From positions 2,798 through 66,797 of the forward strand of contig JAHFKJ010000004.1 of the NCBI GenBank assembly GCA_023245415.1: a stretch of 64,000 nt of DNA. The letters are read 5' to 3'. Below are positions 10,585 to 20,685 of the stretch, in pieces; position 1 is the first letter of the stretch; the number at the start of each line of letters is the position of its first letter. The notes below the pieces were generated by a model. The model was not told the origin of the DNA. It saw nothing but the letters and a program-made list of their open reading frames with translations, and did not search any database. Made by a program: the position numbers and the translations under genes. The DNA comes from Candidatus Gottesmanbacteria bacterium (GTDB lineage: Bacteria > Patescibacteriota > Microgenomatia > UBA10105).

Positions 10585-11137
10585 GGGATTTTAAAGCAAT
10601 ATTAAGTTGGATTAATTCTTCAACCAAGCGCAAACAGCGCTCTTTAATTTCTGCATTAACTAATTCATATTCCGTTCCTCTATCCGCGTAATCATCATTT
10701 GCCGTCCCAATTTGAGACTGTAACGCATAACCATACATTGCCCGGACAACTAAACGTAAATGCTCACACGGATGCGCACAATTGCGGATTGAGCTGGAGT
10801 TACTCACCAAGGCTACAGGTTTATTACGTAAAGCGTCATAGTATAAATTATCCAAGGCATTTTTAAGGACGCCGGAATAAGACCCATGATACAGTGGTGA
10901 ACCAAGGACAAAGCCATCAGAGTTAGTAACTAATGTAACGAAATTTTTTACCAATTGGTTGGGAGTTAGTAGCGGGTTTTTATGAAACTCAGGCAGAGCA
11001 ATCGATAAGGGTTTTTCCCGTAAATCCCAAAAAATTGTTTCCATTCCCTTCTTTTGCAACAATTTTTCTATATGTCTTAACAAAATACGGGTATGGGATT
11101 TGTTAGCAATACTTCCGCAAACCAGCATTATTTTCAT
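10562..11137 (-). CDS. NAD(P)H-dependent FMN reductase / flavodoxin-like oxidoreductase
   Basis: 191 aa; MKIMLVCGSIANKSHTRIL N-terminus typical of FMN_red family. Confidence 0.7.
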   Translation of the reverse strand: MKIMLVCGSIANKSHTRILLRHIEKLLQKKGMETIFWDLREKPLSIALPEFHKNPLLTPNQLVKNFVTLVTNSDGFVLGSPLYHGSYSGVLKNALDNLYYDALRNKPVALVSNSSSIRNCAHPCEHLRLVVRAMYGYALQSQIGTANDDYADRGTEYELVNAEIKERCLRLVEELIQLNIALKSHDISKED

Positions 11138-11522
11138 AATTAATTTATAAAGGGTTAAGTTTCAATCCCCTATTCTATCAAAAAAAACTAACCTGCACCC
11201 AAATTAGTATGAACCTACCTGGAATGTCAAACATTCTTTGCCTGCAGGCAAGCTTACATACTGGAGGTGAGTTTTGATTTATATTTGTTTTTTTTAATTA
11301 ATACCCAAATCGTGGCGAGAGATCCGATAGGAATAATAATCCAACCGATTACGGAAATTGGAACGAACGAAAAAAGCAGTATTCCAAAGTACATATCCGA
11401 TAAACCATAGTCCAAAACCCCTGCCTATCGTATCTTTGAGTATTTGCATATTCATGAATTGAATCTTGTCTATATATTATCCTTATACAAAGTGAAGTCA
11501 AATAATAATACAGGGTAAAAGT

Positions 11523-11846
11523 TCAGATGTTTTGTTTTTTAAGGCGTTTCTCAAGTTCATCCATAGTCTTTAAAAAATTCTGTTCAATATCTATCTCATA
11601 TTTTTCAGAGAGAACTAAAATACTCCACAAACAGTCTGCGAGTTCGTGAGCTAACTTTTCATCTATATTTTTAACCTCACGAAGGCCTTCTTTTGCCATG
11701 ACTAGCTTCATTAAATCCCCAATATCTCCAACCAGTCCTTCCATCAGATTAAGATTGCTCCACTCTTTTCCGGTCTTTCTTTTTTCATGCTCTGAGTATT
11801 TAGTACGAATTTCTAACGCTTTTTGAGTAAGTTGCTTTATATCCAT
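11523..11846 (-). CDS. MazG-like nucleotide pyrophosphohydrolase (small single-domain)
   Basis: 107 aa; helical protein with EEx2E-like pattern (LMEGLVGDIGDLMKLVMAKEGLRE...HELADCLWSILVLSEKYEIDIEQ) typical of MazG/HisE NTP-PPase domain. Confidence 0.6.
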   Translation of the reverse strand: MDIKQLTQKALEIRTKYSEHEKRKTGKEWSNLNLMEGLVGDIGDLMKLVMAKEGLREVKNIDEKLAHELADCLWSILVLSEKYEIDIEQNFLKTMDELEKRLKKQNI

Positions 11847-12008
11847 ACAGAGAATTTACCATGAAAGATTCAATACTCTAATTATATCATTAAAATAAAG
11901 TTAAAAATGTTGTAACTGCATGGGGTATTCTTCCAAATTACTATCACTATGGTAGGTCTAGTTCATCAGATGTGTGGCTTGAAACTGAAACAAAGGTATA
12001 ATAGATCC

Positions 12009-12473
12009 ATGCAAAAAGCACCACGACAAATCATGTTTACTAATGAAGGCTATCAAAAAGTCAAAGATGAGTTTGAGCGGCTAACCCAGAAACGGAAAGA
12101 GGCAATTACGAGTCTGCAGCGGGCTCGGGAAATGGGAGACTTGAGTGAAAATGGCGCTTATAAAGCCGCCAGGTTTACTCTCTCAGATATCGACCGGCAA
12201 CTGAGGTGGCTCAAATATCAGATCCACTTTGGCGTCGTTACTAAGGCAACTCATACTGGCAGGATCGGATTCGGTAATACGGTAACTATCAAAAATGATA
12301 AAGGAAGCATCGAGTTCATGCTTGTTGACGGGTTTGAATCAAATCCTAGGGATAAAAAACTTTCAGTTCATTCTCCCATTGGCCGGGCAGTCGTGGGTAA
12401 AAAAGTGGGACAAACAGTGGTTGTCACTGCCCCGAAAGGTACGACTGAATATATGATTACCAGTCTTGAGTAA
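12009..12473 (+). CDS. greA: transcription elongation factor GreA
   Basis: REMGDLSENGAYKAAR matches the GreA/GreB coiled-coil finger motif; C-terminal FKBP-like domain; likely start MQKAP at 12009 gives the GreA length of ~154 aa (table ORF begins 11949). Confidence 0.85.
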   Translation: MQKAPRQIMFTNEGYQKVKDEFERLTQKRKEAITSLQRAREMGDLSENGAYKAARFTLSDIDRQLRWLKYQIHFGVVTKATHTGRIGFGNTVTIKNDKGSIEFMLVDGFESNPRDKKLSVHSPIGRAVVGKKVGQTVVVTAPKGTTEYMITSLE

Positions 12474-12492
12474 GAAATGGCAATTAATTTTT

Positions 12493-13020
12493 TCAATCAC
12501 CGCAGGTAGTACTTTTTTTAGCCATTTCGGTAATATATTCTTTTGTCACTGCTTCCTTAAGATGTACCGGATCGTTACTTCCGATAAACACCACCAGACT
12601 ATCATTGGGTTGGATGGGTAAATTTAAAAATGAAGGTATAATTTTTTCCCCTATATAACCTGTGGTGATTTTTTCATCAATGGGAAAATTGATATTGGTA
12701 AATAAATCTTTCCAGGTTGCTCCCCTTGCTTCAACATGTACCAAATCACCTACATTGTTATGCAGATGCGCTTTCTCCAGTTGCGGGTTTTCATGTTCCT
12801 CGTCTTCCTTACCATTTACTGTACACGGTTTGGTGTACATATATTTAATATCTGAAAAATCAATTTTCCGGTTATTTTGAAAAACTATAAATCCGCCGTG
12901 ATAGTGAACTTTAGGTTTCAGAATAAGCTTTTTAAATGCGAAAAAAATTCCGCCTCCTATAACTACGCCAACAATTAGAATAATGACAATGGTATGTTTA
13001 TTAATATGAGCTTTCAGCAT
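12493..13020 (-). CDS. hypothetical membrane-anchored protein
   Basis: 175 aa, single N-terminal TM, ends with CGD. Confidence 0.4.
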   Translation of the reverse strand: MLKAHINKHTIVIILIVGVVIGGGIFFAFKKLILKPKVHYHGGFIVFQNNRKIDFSDIKYMYTKPCTVNGKEDEEHENPQLEKAHLHNNVGDLVHVEARGATWKDLFTNINFPIDEKITTGYIGEKIIPSFLNLPIQPNDSLVVFIGSNDPVHLKEAVTKEYITEMAKKSTTCGD

Positions 13021-13099
13021 ATTTATAAATATTTATCTATTTAAAACTCGAGCATCAATCCATTTATAGCATATTTGCTTTCCTAAATAATTTATTTGA

Positions 13100-14314
13100 C
13101 TACTCATACCGCAGCGCGTCGATCGGAGAAAGTTTGGCTGCACGCCGGGCTGGATAAATTCCAAACACCACTCCAACGATCGTTGATACACCAACTGCCA
13201 GAAGTATCGCACTGGGCTGCAAAACAAAAGGAATAGGCAAAAATCGTGTGGCCAAAAATGATAATGATATACCCAGAATTATACCCACAATACCGCCTGA
13301 GACCGTCAAAACTATTGACTCAATTAGAAACTGCATCAAAATATCTTTTCTTTTAGCGCCAATCGCTTTGAGAAGTCCGATTTCTTTGGTGCGTTCGGTA
13401 ACGGTCACCAGCATAATATTCATGATGCCAATTCCTCCAACGACCAACGAGATTGCCGCAATTCCCGCCAGCATTCCAGTCAGAAGTCCGGTAACATTAT
13501 TTACGATCGAGAGCGCATCTTTTGAATTTCTAACGGTAAAGTCTGCAAGTACGGGATCGGTAATTTTATGTTGATCAAGTAAAAAAGCAATAATCTGCTC
13601 CTGTGTTTCGTCAACTTTTTTAGCATCGGTAGCTTGAGCTAATATTGCCTGAACTGAATCTTGGCCAAGAAAAACCTTCATCGCCGTAGTAGCTGGCACA
13701 TAGACTGTTTCATCAGGATTTGTAAATCCAACGCTACCCTTTGCTTTTGTTACTCCAATTATTCGAAAAGATCGTGATTTTATAGTAATTGTTTCACCTA
13801 TCGGATGAGCATCCTCCCCAAACAAATCAGCAACCACATCAGGTCCTAAAACTGCTACCCGACTATATCCGGATTCATCTTCCGGGCTTATAAATTCTCC
13901 CTGATTCATTTCCAAGCTGTTAATATTTGCATAGGTGGCACTAATCCCCAGTATCGAGGCATTTTTATTCTGTCCGTTGGTTACAACTTCAGCCTGAGTG
14001 GTAACTTGAGCCGAAACATCTCCAAGGTCCGGCATGCGTGTTTTATCGGCAAGAGCTAGCATATCAGCGTATTTCAAAGAGTTCGACGCCGAAGGTGGAC
14101 GACCGGGTATTTGTTTACCAGGTACGATAAATATCAGATTTGCTCCCAGTGATGAAACTTGTGAAGTGATTGAACTGCTCGCGCCTTGTCCCAAAGAAAT
14201 AATGAGAATAACTGAGGCAATACCAATAATGATACCAAGCATCGTTAGTATAGTCCGGAGTATATTTCCCCGTAGGGCGCGTATAGCAGATCTGATAATT
14301 TGGACGTAATTCAT
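13100..14314 (-). CDS. ABC transporter permease, MacB/FtsX family
   Basis: 404 aa; N-terminal TM, large periplasmic domain, C-terminal FtsX-like 3 TM segments. Confidence 0.85.
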   Translation of the reverse strand: MNYVQIIRSAIRALRGNILRTILTMLGIIIGIASVILIISLGQGASSSITSQVSSLGANLIFIVPGKQIPGRPPSASNSLKYADMLALADKTRMPDLGDVSAQVTTQAEVVTNGQNKNASILGISATYANINSLEMNQGEFISPEDESGYSRVAVLGPDVVADLFGEDAHPIGETITIKSRSFRIIGVTKAKGSVGFTNPDETVYVPATTAMKVFLGQDSVQAILAQATDAKKVDETQEQIIAFLLDQHKITDPVLADFTVRNSKDALSIVNNVTGLLTGMLAGIAAISLVVGGIGIMNIMLVTVTERTKEIGLLKAIGAKRKDILMQFLIESIVLTVSGGIVGIILGISLSFLATRFLPIPFVLQPSAILLAVGVSTIVGVVFGIYPARRAAKLSPIDALRYE

Positions 14315-14315
14315 A

Positions 14316-15029
14316 TTATTTTTTGGCGATAAATCGATTATTTTCTTTATCGGAAATAATCAAACCGTCTTTTAAGAGAATGATACGATTGGCAAACGCG
14401 GCAATATCCGACTCATGAGTAATCACGATAATCGTTCTGCCTTTTTTATTGAGATCTTGTAAAAATGTCATAATTTCATGAGACGTTTTACTGTCTAAGT
14501 TTCCGGTGGGTTCATCAGCCAAAATCATGGACGGATCCATAACTATTGCTCGGGCGATAGCCACACGCTGGATTTGTCCGCCGGAAATATGATTTGATAA
14601 ATTGGAAGCTTTATCCTCCAAGTGTACGAGGCGCAAACATTCAAACGCCCGCTCCGTTTGTTCATTTTGAGGCACCCGGCCATACATCATGGGTCTAATA
14701 ACATTATCGAGCACTGTCGTTCTGGGAAGAAGATTGAAGGCTTGAAAAACAAACCCTATTTCCTGATTTCTGATTTCTGCCAGTTGATCTTCGGAATATG
14801 CACTGATGTTTTTATTATTGAGAGTATATGTCCCCGAAGTTGGGGTATCTAACGCCCCGATAATATGCATAGTTGTGGATTTGCCGCTTCCCGATGGACC
14901 CATGATGGCTACAAATTCACCCTTGTAGACTTCAAGCGAAATCCCCTTAAGCGCCTGACATTCTGCGCTACCTGTAATATAACTTTTCGTAATATTCCGA
15001 AGCGATATAATAGGTTTTTTGTCGATCAT
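14316..15029 (-). CDS. ABC transporter ATP-binding protein (MacB/LolD type)
   Basis: Walker [10 protein letters not shown], signature [14 protein letters not shown], Walker [12 protein letters not shown]. Confidence 0.9.
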   Translation of the reverse strand: MIDKKPIISLRNITKSYITGSAECQALKGISLEVYKGEFVAIMGPSGSGKSTTMHIIGALDTPTSGTYTLNNKNISAYSEDQLAEIRNQEIGFVFQAFNLLPRTTVLDNVIRPMMYGRVPQNEQTERAFECLRLVHLEDKASNLSNHISGGQIQRVAIARAIVMDPSMILADEPTGNLDSKTSHEIMTFLQDLNKKGRTIIVITHESDIAAFANRIILLKDGLIISDKENNRFIAKK

Positions 15030-15047
15030 ACATCATACTTATGACAA

Positions 15048-16331
15048 CTAATTTATTGAGCTCGTAACTATCCAGTCGCCAACAGAAACACCTGCAGTAA
15101 CTTCAGTTCGGGTAGTACCTTTTAGACCGGTTTTGACCGGTATATAGTGAAAAGGAAGCATTTTACCGGCTTTATTTTTTACCATGCTATCTTTATTTTC
15201 CCCTGCCACTATCACTGCTTTACCTCCTTTATAGGGCTTAATCCCGGCGTTAGGAACAGTTAGCACATTCTCGTGTTTTGCAGTTTCTATAGATACAGTA
15301 ACTGTCATCTCCGTCTTTATATTCGCGTCTGGATTATTTAAATAAATCGTTGCATTATAAGTAATAACTCCATTCGTGTTCGTTCCAGCTGTGTCAATCG
15401 TTGCGATATGGCCGTTAAATTTTTTCTCGCGAAACGCATCAAACGTAATTGTGGCAGTTTGACCAATTTTCACTTTGTCAACATCTACCTCATTAAAAGC
15501 TATTTTGATCACTGTTTTTGAAATATCTCCCAGAATTACGAGTGTTGGAACCCCAGATACTGCTGTTGCAAGTGATGAACTGACCGTTACTCTATCTCCC
15601 AGAGAAGCTGAAAAATTTGCGATCACCCCTGGGACTGGAGCGGTAATTACCACATTCTGGGTTGCCTGATATGCGAGCCAAGTTGAGTTAACAGACGCTT
15701 TGGCAGCAGCAATCGCACTATCTGCTTCAAGAAATTTTTTCTCAGTCGCTGAAAAATCCTTCCTGGCTTGGGTAAGGGCGGCATCAATAGTGTCTTTTTC
15801 CAGTTGCGTATATTCAAGATGAGTATCCGGATTGATATTGTGGTTGTTTTTATAAATAACTGCCTCTTGAGCTGACAAAACTTTTTGTTGCGATGTCCAC
15901 ATCGAGGCATCAGCTGAAAGTTTACTTTGTTCCGCGGTTTTTTGAGTACTCACCGCACTTTGATAAGCTGTATAAGCTGTGGCTTGATCTTGAGTAGTTG
16001 CCGTACTTTTTACCTTAAAAAGGCTTTCTCCACGATCGATCGCATCACCATTTTTTACATATACTTCTTCAATATATCCTGTGCTTGATGAATACACATC
16101 AAATCTTCCCGAAGAAGTTACATTTCCGCTTTCTGAAACCACATCAACAACCGTATCCAGAGTTACCGGTTCAGTCGTATATTGTGGGCCTTTTTTTCGC
16201 AGCGGTGAGGCAAGAATAAGAAATACCGCAAGTACAACCATAATAATAGCTAATTTCTTTTTCTTGGACGCTTTCAGAAATGAGTTCTTAAGAGTAATAA
16301 TTTTTTTAAAAAATGGACGAATAATTTTCAT
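15048..16331 (-). CDS. HlyD/MacA-family periplasmic adaptor (efflux membrane fusion protein)
   Basis: 427 aa; N-terminal TM, coiled-coil and beta-barrel segments; position upstream of MacB-like ABC pair. Confidence 0.8.
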   Translation of the reverse strand: MKIIRPFFKKIITLKNSFLKASKKKKLAIIMVVLAVFLILASPLRKKGPQYTTEPVTLDTVVDVVSESGNVTSSGRFDVYSSSTGYIEEVYVKNGDAIDRGESLFKVKSTATTQDQATAYTAYQSAVSTQKTAEQSKLSADASMWTSQQKVLSAQEAVIYKNNHNINPDTHLEYTQLEKDTIDAALTQARKDFSATEKKFLEADSAIAAAKASVNSTWLAYQATQNVVITAPVPGVIANFSASLGDRVTVSSSLATAVSGVPTLVILGDISKTVIKIAFNEVDVDKVKIGQTATITFDAFREKKFNGHIATIDTAGTNTNGVITYNATIYLNNPDANIKTEMTVTVSIETAKHENVLTVPNAGIKPYKGGKAVIVAGENKDSMVKNKAGKMLPFHYIPVKTGLKGTTRTEVTAGVSVGDWIVTSSIN

Positions 16332-16336
16332 AACAG

Positions 16337-16780
16337 TTAATTTCGTTGTTCTTTTTGTAACGTATCAATAAGATTGATATGAATCCTGACAAGCTCCCGC
16401 AAGTCTTGATCGGGAATTTTTGAAAAAATTTTACTCATCTTATCCATGAATTTCTTTTTTAAGTTTATAATTTCCCGTTCTCCTGCAAGAGTAATAGTAA
16501 GCCTGACTATCCGTCTATCTTCCTGGTCATCCATCCGTTTTACGAGTTTGGCTTTTACCAGCCGCTCGATAAGCTGTGTGGCTGATGATTTTGACAGCTT
16601 TAATTGTCCAGCAATATCCCCAACCGTACTTAGCTTTTTCTCTATCAAAAATTTGAGTGCTGAAAATTGCATAAACGTTGCAATTCGTTCATCATGCGAT
16701 TCTTGAGTTTGCGCATCAAGAAATTTGTGCAACTGGCCCATGGTGTTGAATAGCTGTTCTATATAGTGCTGCTTATTCAT
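16337..16780 (-). CDS. MarR-family transcriptional regulator
   Basis: 147 aa winged-helix regulator (FSALKFLIEKKLSTVGDIAGQLKLSKSSATQLIERLVKAKLVKR); first gene of efflux operon. Confidence 0.8.
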   Translation of the reverse strand: MNKQHYIEQLFNTMGQLHKFLDAQTQESHDERIATFMQFSALKFLIEKKLSTVGDIAGQLKLSKSSATQLIERLVKAKLVKRMDDQEDRRIVRLTITLAGEREIINLKKKFMDKMSKIFSKIPDQDLRELVRIHINLIDTLQKEQRN

Positions 16781-16920
16781 AAGTTTTATTTATCTGTTAA
16801 ATAGTTTAACACATTAACTATATTTGATCAAGAAGTCCAAGATGCTGGTGGATAAACTCATTTGAACGATAAAAAGATGCGGATGGAAATATGATCCAAC
16901 TGATTCAGTTGACTGAAAAT

Positions 16921-17287
16921 TTATTTCTTATTAAATTTGGTTACCTTATGCACTTCACCCATTTTGTCGTATGTGGTCCACTTTCCTACTTGTTTGCCCT
17001 TTGCAAAATAACCCGAGCGCATTTTCATATTATTTCCGCCTGCCGGCGAGGCAGGTTTTCTATACCATTCCCAATATCCGTCGCACCTTCCTGTGTGCTT
17101 CTTTCTGATTTGTAATGATATTTCCCAAAGCCCACGATGCTTGTCCCCCACATGACTGCTTTTTCTCCGGTGATTTTATGAAACAACTCAAGAAGCACTA
17201 AGCTGTCACGCCGTTTTTCTTTCGGTTCGACCGTGTTGAGAAAATCTTCTGCTTTTGGGTAGTAGGTTTTGTTTTTAACTCGGACAT
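16921..17287 (-). pseudogene. frameshifted paralog of the DUF1801-like gene at 25156-25572 (N-terminal ~190 nt ~75% identical), C-terminal part diverged (MORN-like tail)
   Basis: Nucleotides 17100-17290 align to 25381-25572. Reading from ATG 17287 gives MSELKTKPTTQKQK, and a +1 shift is needed to continue EDFLNTVEPKEKRRDSLVLLELFHKITGEKAVMWGTSIVGFGKYHYKSE. Confidence 0.45.
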
Positions 17288-17334
17288 AATAGTTTAAGTC
17301 AACACCAGGATTGGCAATATATATTTAGATCTTC

Positions 17335-17862
17335 CTAACCACTTATTACAAAGGCACGAATTGGAGATCCGTCACTTTCTTTAATTTTCAGCGGTAGTCC
17401 GTAAAAAGTAAATGAAGCTGGTAATTGGTCGGTATTGGCTAAATTTTCGAAGGAAACAATATCATTTTCACAGAGTAGTTTTTCTACTGGGATATCAAAC
17501 TCGAACTGTGCTGAGAGCCCAACAAATTTAGGTGGAGTTTTTACCAGTTGCCGTACCAATTTCATATCTATATTTTGTGAGTGAAATACTACACCTATAT
17601 CTGTATCAAAAGTCATGTTTGAACTATAAAGAACAGCTTTGCCGAAAAAACGTTCGAGGGTAAGATCATCGAGCGTTTTTCCATTTTGAGCCATATGGTA
17701 GGGCGCATTTACATGTGTGCCTATATGAGTCGTAAGTGTGAGTTGTCGTAAATTCCAACCCTCTTTTTCAAGCGTGTGGATTTCTTGAATACTCACCGCT
17801 GGGTCACCTGGATATACCGGCATATTGTTGTAGAGTGTTTGAGTTAAGTCAATAATATGCAT
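17335..17862 (-). CDS. cyclase-family protein (arylformamidase/kynurenine formamidase-like)
   Basis: 175 aa; HIGTHVNAPYH matches the HxGTHxDAPxH motif of PF04199 putative cyclases. Confidence 0.75.
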   Translation of the reverse strand: MHIIDLTQTLYNNMPVYPGDPAVSIQEIHTLEKEGWNLRQLTLTTHIGTHVNAPYHMAQNGKTLDDLTLERFFGKAVLYSSNMTFDTDIGVVFHSQNIDMKLVRQLVKTPPKFVGLSAQFEFDIPVEKLLCENDIVSFENLANTDQLPASFTFYGLPLKIKESDGSPIRAFVISG

Positions 17863-18078
17863 TCCTGCATTATAACAAAATCCTATTTTGGCCTACTATG
17901 AATAAACCACTTGCTTCTAAGTTTAATAACTTTTTGAATAACACGCTTAACCCCATCAACATTCATCAGCTCTAATGCTTCACTTGAATTCACCCACTTA
18001 TAGTTTTGCTGCTCTTTTGGGCAATATTTTTTTTGCTTGTGCTTTTATAATTTGCTTTATCGGGAAATCCCTAGGTGT

Positions 18079-18138
18079 CAAGCCATTCTACCCCCGAGGT
18101 GGAAATATCAAGCCATTCTACCCCCGAGGTGGAAATAT
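18079..18138. repeat. perfect tandem duplication of a 30-bp unit caagccattctacccccgaggtggaaatat (2 copies)
   Basis: Read directly: 18079-18108 and 18109-18138 are identical. Confidence 0.9.
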
Positions 18139-18333
18139 ATCCGTCTCATGAATAATTTTACGAATTTTAGCAAGCATTTTACCACGCCAGCTCGCCTCGT
18201 GAAGCGGGTCGGAAAGATCTGCTATGAAACGATCAATTTTTTCACTTGGTTTTATTGACATATCATTTATTCCTAGGGATCGTTCAGAAAAAAATGGATA
18301 GTTATATTTGCTCCGAACTCTTGTGCCACACAA
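18118..18333 (-). pseudogene. truncated DUF1801/YdhG-like N-terminal fragment
   Basis: 71 aa; MSIKPSEKIDRFIADLSDPLHEASWRGKMLAKIRKIIHETD resembles the DUF1801 N-terminus, but the ORF stops inside the tandem repeat and no C-terminal half is found in any frame. Confidence 0.35.
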
Positions 18334-18530
18334 AGATCAAATTATTATAGAATGCGGTTTTTATTATAACAATTGTTTATTAAAATACGGATTTAAATTT
18401 ATCCGTCATAAAAGTTTGTTTTTTATGAAAGAAAAGTTATAACTACAAAAGCCGCCAGTCACCTCGTTTTTTTATACAAGCTTCCTGACGGCTCTTTTCA
18501 ATATTAAACTGCTTTTTGTAAAAAAATAGA

Positions 18531-18860
18531 TTACATTGGCATCGCTTCATATACGCGAACAGCGCCTTCACTATCATCTTTAAGTGCTGGACATCCCTTA
18601 GCAATTTTTGTTGCATCATCCATACTACTTGCATTGATGATGGTGTAACCTTTTGCCGGCCACATATCAGCTGGAATAGTTTCTGTACCTTTCGCAGATA
18701 CAGATTTTGCACCAGGAGCAAATGGGTTACCACCGTCAACCATCTTATCTTTAAATGTGCCAAACCAAGCCATCCATTTATCCATTGTTTCTTTCATGTG
18801 CGCTTTATCAATATCTTCTGGTCGTACACTACCGTAATATACAAATACATATTTTTTCAT
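18531..18860 (-). CDS. YciI-like (DGPF domain) protein
   Basis: 109 aa; GGNPF...ADMWPAKGYTIINASSMDDATKIAKGCPAL...GAVRVYEAM pattern of the YCII-related domain; possible intrinsic terminator ~40 nt downstream. Confidence 0.55.
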   Translation of the reverse strand: MKKYVFVYYGSVRPEDIDKAHMKETMDKWMAWFGTFKDKMVDGGNPFAPGAKSVSAKGTETIPADMWPAKGYTIINASSMDDATKIAKGCPALKDDSEGAVRVYEAMPM

Positions 18861-18941
18861 TTTTTCTCACCTCCTTCCTGCCCGCTGTTCAAGTGCTCTT
18901 CAGTCCGAGAACGAATAGTTCTGAAAAGGACTAAGGTAAGC

Positions 18942-19292
18942 TTAGGCGGGTCGTTTTTTAATTTTCAGATAGGCCGCATAATTTTCTAAAGTTTCTTCAT
19001 CACTGCCCCAATAAGAATTGTATTGCATAAGCCAATCTTGGATACCACGCAAAGATTGTCGATTAATTGTAAGAAACTTAATTCGGCCGATTTTCTTGAG
19101 CTTGATCAAACCTGCATCCTCAAGTATTTTTACGTGTTTGTGAATTGCTGGAAGTGAGAGATCACGCAAAGATGCTAATTGACTTATTGAATAAGGCTGG
19201 AGACCTAAAACGTAAATCATCTCTCGTCTGTGCTTGTTGGCAAGAGCTACAAAAACCTTATCTAGGGCATGTGGTGCGTGTGACCTGATCAT
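18942..19292 (-). CDS. ArsR/SmtB-family transcriptional regulator
   Basis: HTH FVALANKHRREMIYVLGLQPYSISQLASLRDLSLPAIHKHVKILEDAGLI; likely start at Met 19292 (table ORF begins 19394). Confidence 0.75.
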   Translation of the reverse strand: MIRSHAPHALDKVFVALANKHRREMIYVLGLQPYSISQLASLRDLSLPAIHKHVKILEDAGLIKLKKIGRIKFLTINRQSLRGIQDWLMQYNSYWGSDEETLENYAAYLKIKKRPA

Positions 19293-19488
19293 AATAGTTA
19301 ACTTAACGGTTAAGTATAATATGCAATGTGAGTTCTTGTCAATCAGATTATGATAGTTGGTAAGGGACAAATCAGAGCATTCTCCGGAGTCCATTTCTTA
19401 GACTGTGTCTATGACAGATTTCATAAACACTATAAATAATACCCACAGCATTTGAAAAAGCTCTCTGCTCCAAGGCGTAAGGAAAATG

Positions 19489-20373
19489 TCACTTTTGTAG
19501 CGGACCGATATGGACGGGTTTTGCGCCGGGGTTAGGGAAAGGATCCTCCTTCAAAAAAATGAAATCACTATTGAAATCATAACTTTGATCTCTTAAAAAA
19601 CCTTCATTATTGTGGCCACCCCCACACTTCAAAGGATGAGCATCTCTATACTCTCTTGAAATTATAAAATCTTCTCTTTTAAATCCCATGTTTGCAAAAG
19701 GGATAAAAGCCGCATCAGTCATCTCATCAAAAAGAGAAAGCAAAACCGGCCCTTTAAATAAAATGTTTGCCTCAATAGAAAAATCCGTACCGTCTTTGGG
19801 GCCGATTGTGCCAATTTGCTGACCGGACGCAACTTTTACGCCCACTTTATTAAATTCCGGAAGCAAATCTATGTGGAATAATCTGCCAAAGTAGTCGGGG
19901 TAAAGATTGGAGCGCACATGGACTTGTTTACCTATTGGAGTTTGTTCTGAGGAAATATCGGTAATTGTTCCATCAAAAGGAGCAAAAATCTTGATATTGG
20001 GTTGATCTGCTGTTGGAAACGAACGAATAGGCATACGAGTTACCTGATCCATATTTCTGCCATCATTTATATAATGCTTCATGCTCCGGCATGTTTCGCC
20101 ATTCCATGTATTTGAATAGTCGTGCCCCGCTTCCGAACGGAATTTGGAGATTTTATAAATTCTCTCAAACTCAACAGGCATGCTTGTTACCAGGTTTTTA
20201 GGAATTTTGCTTTCATCAAAAAAAATTATTGGTCTTTGCCAATTCCAAATAAAAGCCCCAAAAGCTACTAAAATTCCCAGTGTCACCAAACCAATTATCT
20301 TAACTGGATTTTTCATAAATTTTAGTAAATTTATTTTATGGCTATTCTGGCTTTGTCCATTTTTATCAGCCAA
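19489..20373 (-). CDS. hypothetical membrane-anchored protein
   Basis: 294 aa, one N-terminal TM; GQQIGTIG segment faintly M23-like but no HxH motif. Confidence 0.4.
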   Translation of the reverse strand: MADKNGQSQNSHKINLLKFMKNPVKIIGLVTLGILVAFGAFIWNWQRPIIFFDESKIPKNLVTSMPVEFERIYKISKFRSEAGHDYSNTWNGETCRSMKHYINDGRNMDQVTRMPIRSFPTADQPNIKIFAPFDGTITDISSEQTPIGKQVHVRSNLYPDYFGRLFHIDLLPEFNKVGVKVASGQQIGTIGPKDGTDFSIEANILFKGPVLLSLFDEMTDAAFIPFANMGFKREDFIISREYRDAHPLKCGGGHNNEGFLRDQSYDFNSDFIFLKEDPFPNPGAKPVHIGPLQK

Positions 20374-20384
20374 TTAATCCCTCC

Positions 20385-20576
20385 AAAACAGCACACCCGT
20401 CGCTTTCCGGAAGATATCTTCGAGCATTCCACGTTAATCCGCCGCGCATGGGTCTCAGCTTTCTTGGCAGTAGTAATCCACAAGATCCAATCCCTGCGTG
20501 TAAAGGGGTGTGATTTCCGACCACAACTTCCGCGCTTTAGGATTTGCCGCCAGCGCCTTTTGTAAATCTACCGGCA
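20385..20576 (-). pseudogene. frameshifted YdeI/OmpD-associated (OmdA, PF13376)-like gene remnant
   Basis: From ATG 20576: MPVDLQKALAANPKARKLWSEITPLYTQGLDLVDYYCQES then TGA (20455-20457). The conserved family C-terminus AKKAETHARRINVECSKISSGKRR continues in another frame; local GC is elevated. Confidence 0.4.
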
Positions 20577-20685
20577 TCTTGACGCCGATATCTCTCCTAC
20601 CGTTGCAATCTCTAACGTTTCAGCCATTATCAGGATAATAGCTTACTCCGACCATGCCTTCAGCATCCAAATCAACTCGTGATCC

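Noticed and set aside
17335-17862. The cyclase-family protein as a CBASS-type nucleotide cyclase or defence gene
   Set aside because: The HxGTHxDAPxH motif places it in the arylformamidase/kynurenine-formamidase-type family; no effector or cGAS/DncV-like partner nearby.
18037-18258. Plus-strand 73-aa ORF reading through the 30-bp tandem repeat (QAILPPRWKY x2)
   Set aside because: No RBS or family resemblance; it overlaps the better-supported minus-strand DUF1801-like fragment and is probably a chance ORF created by the duplication.
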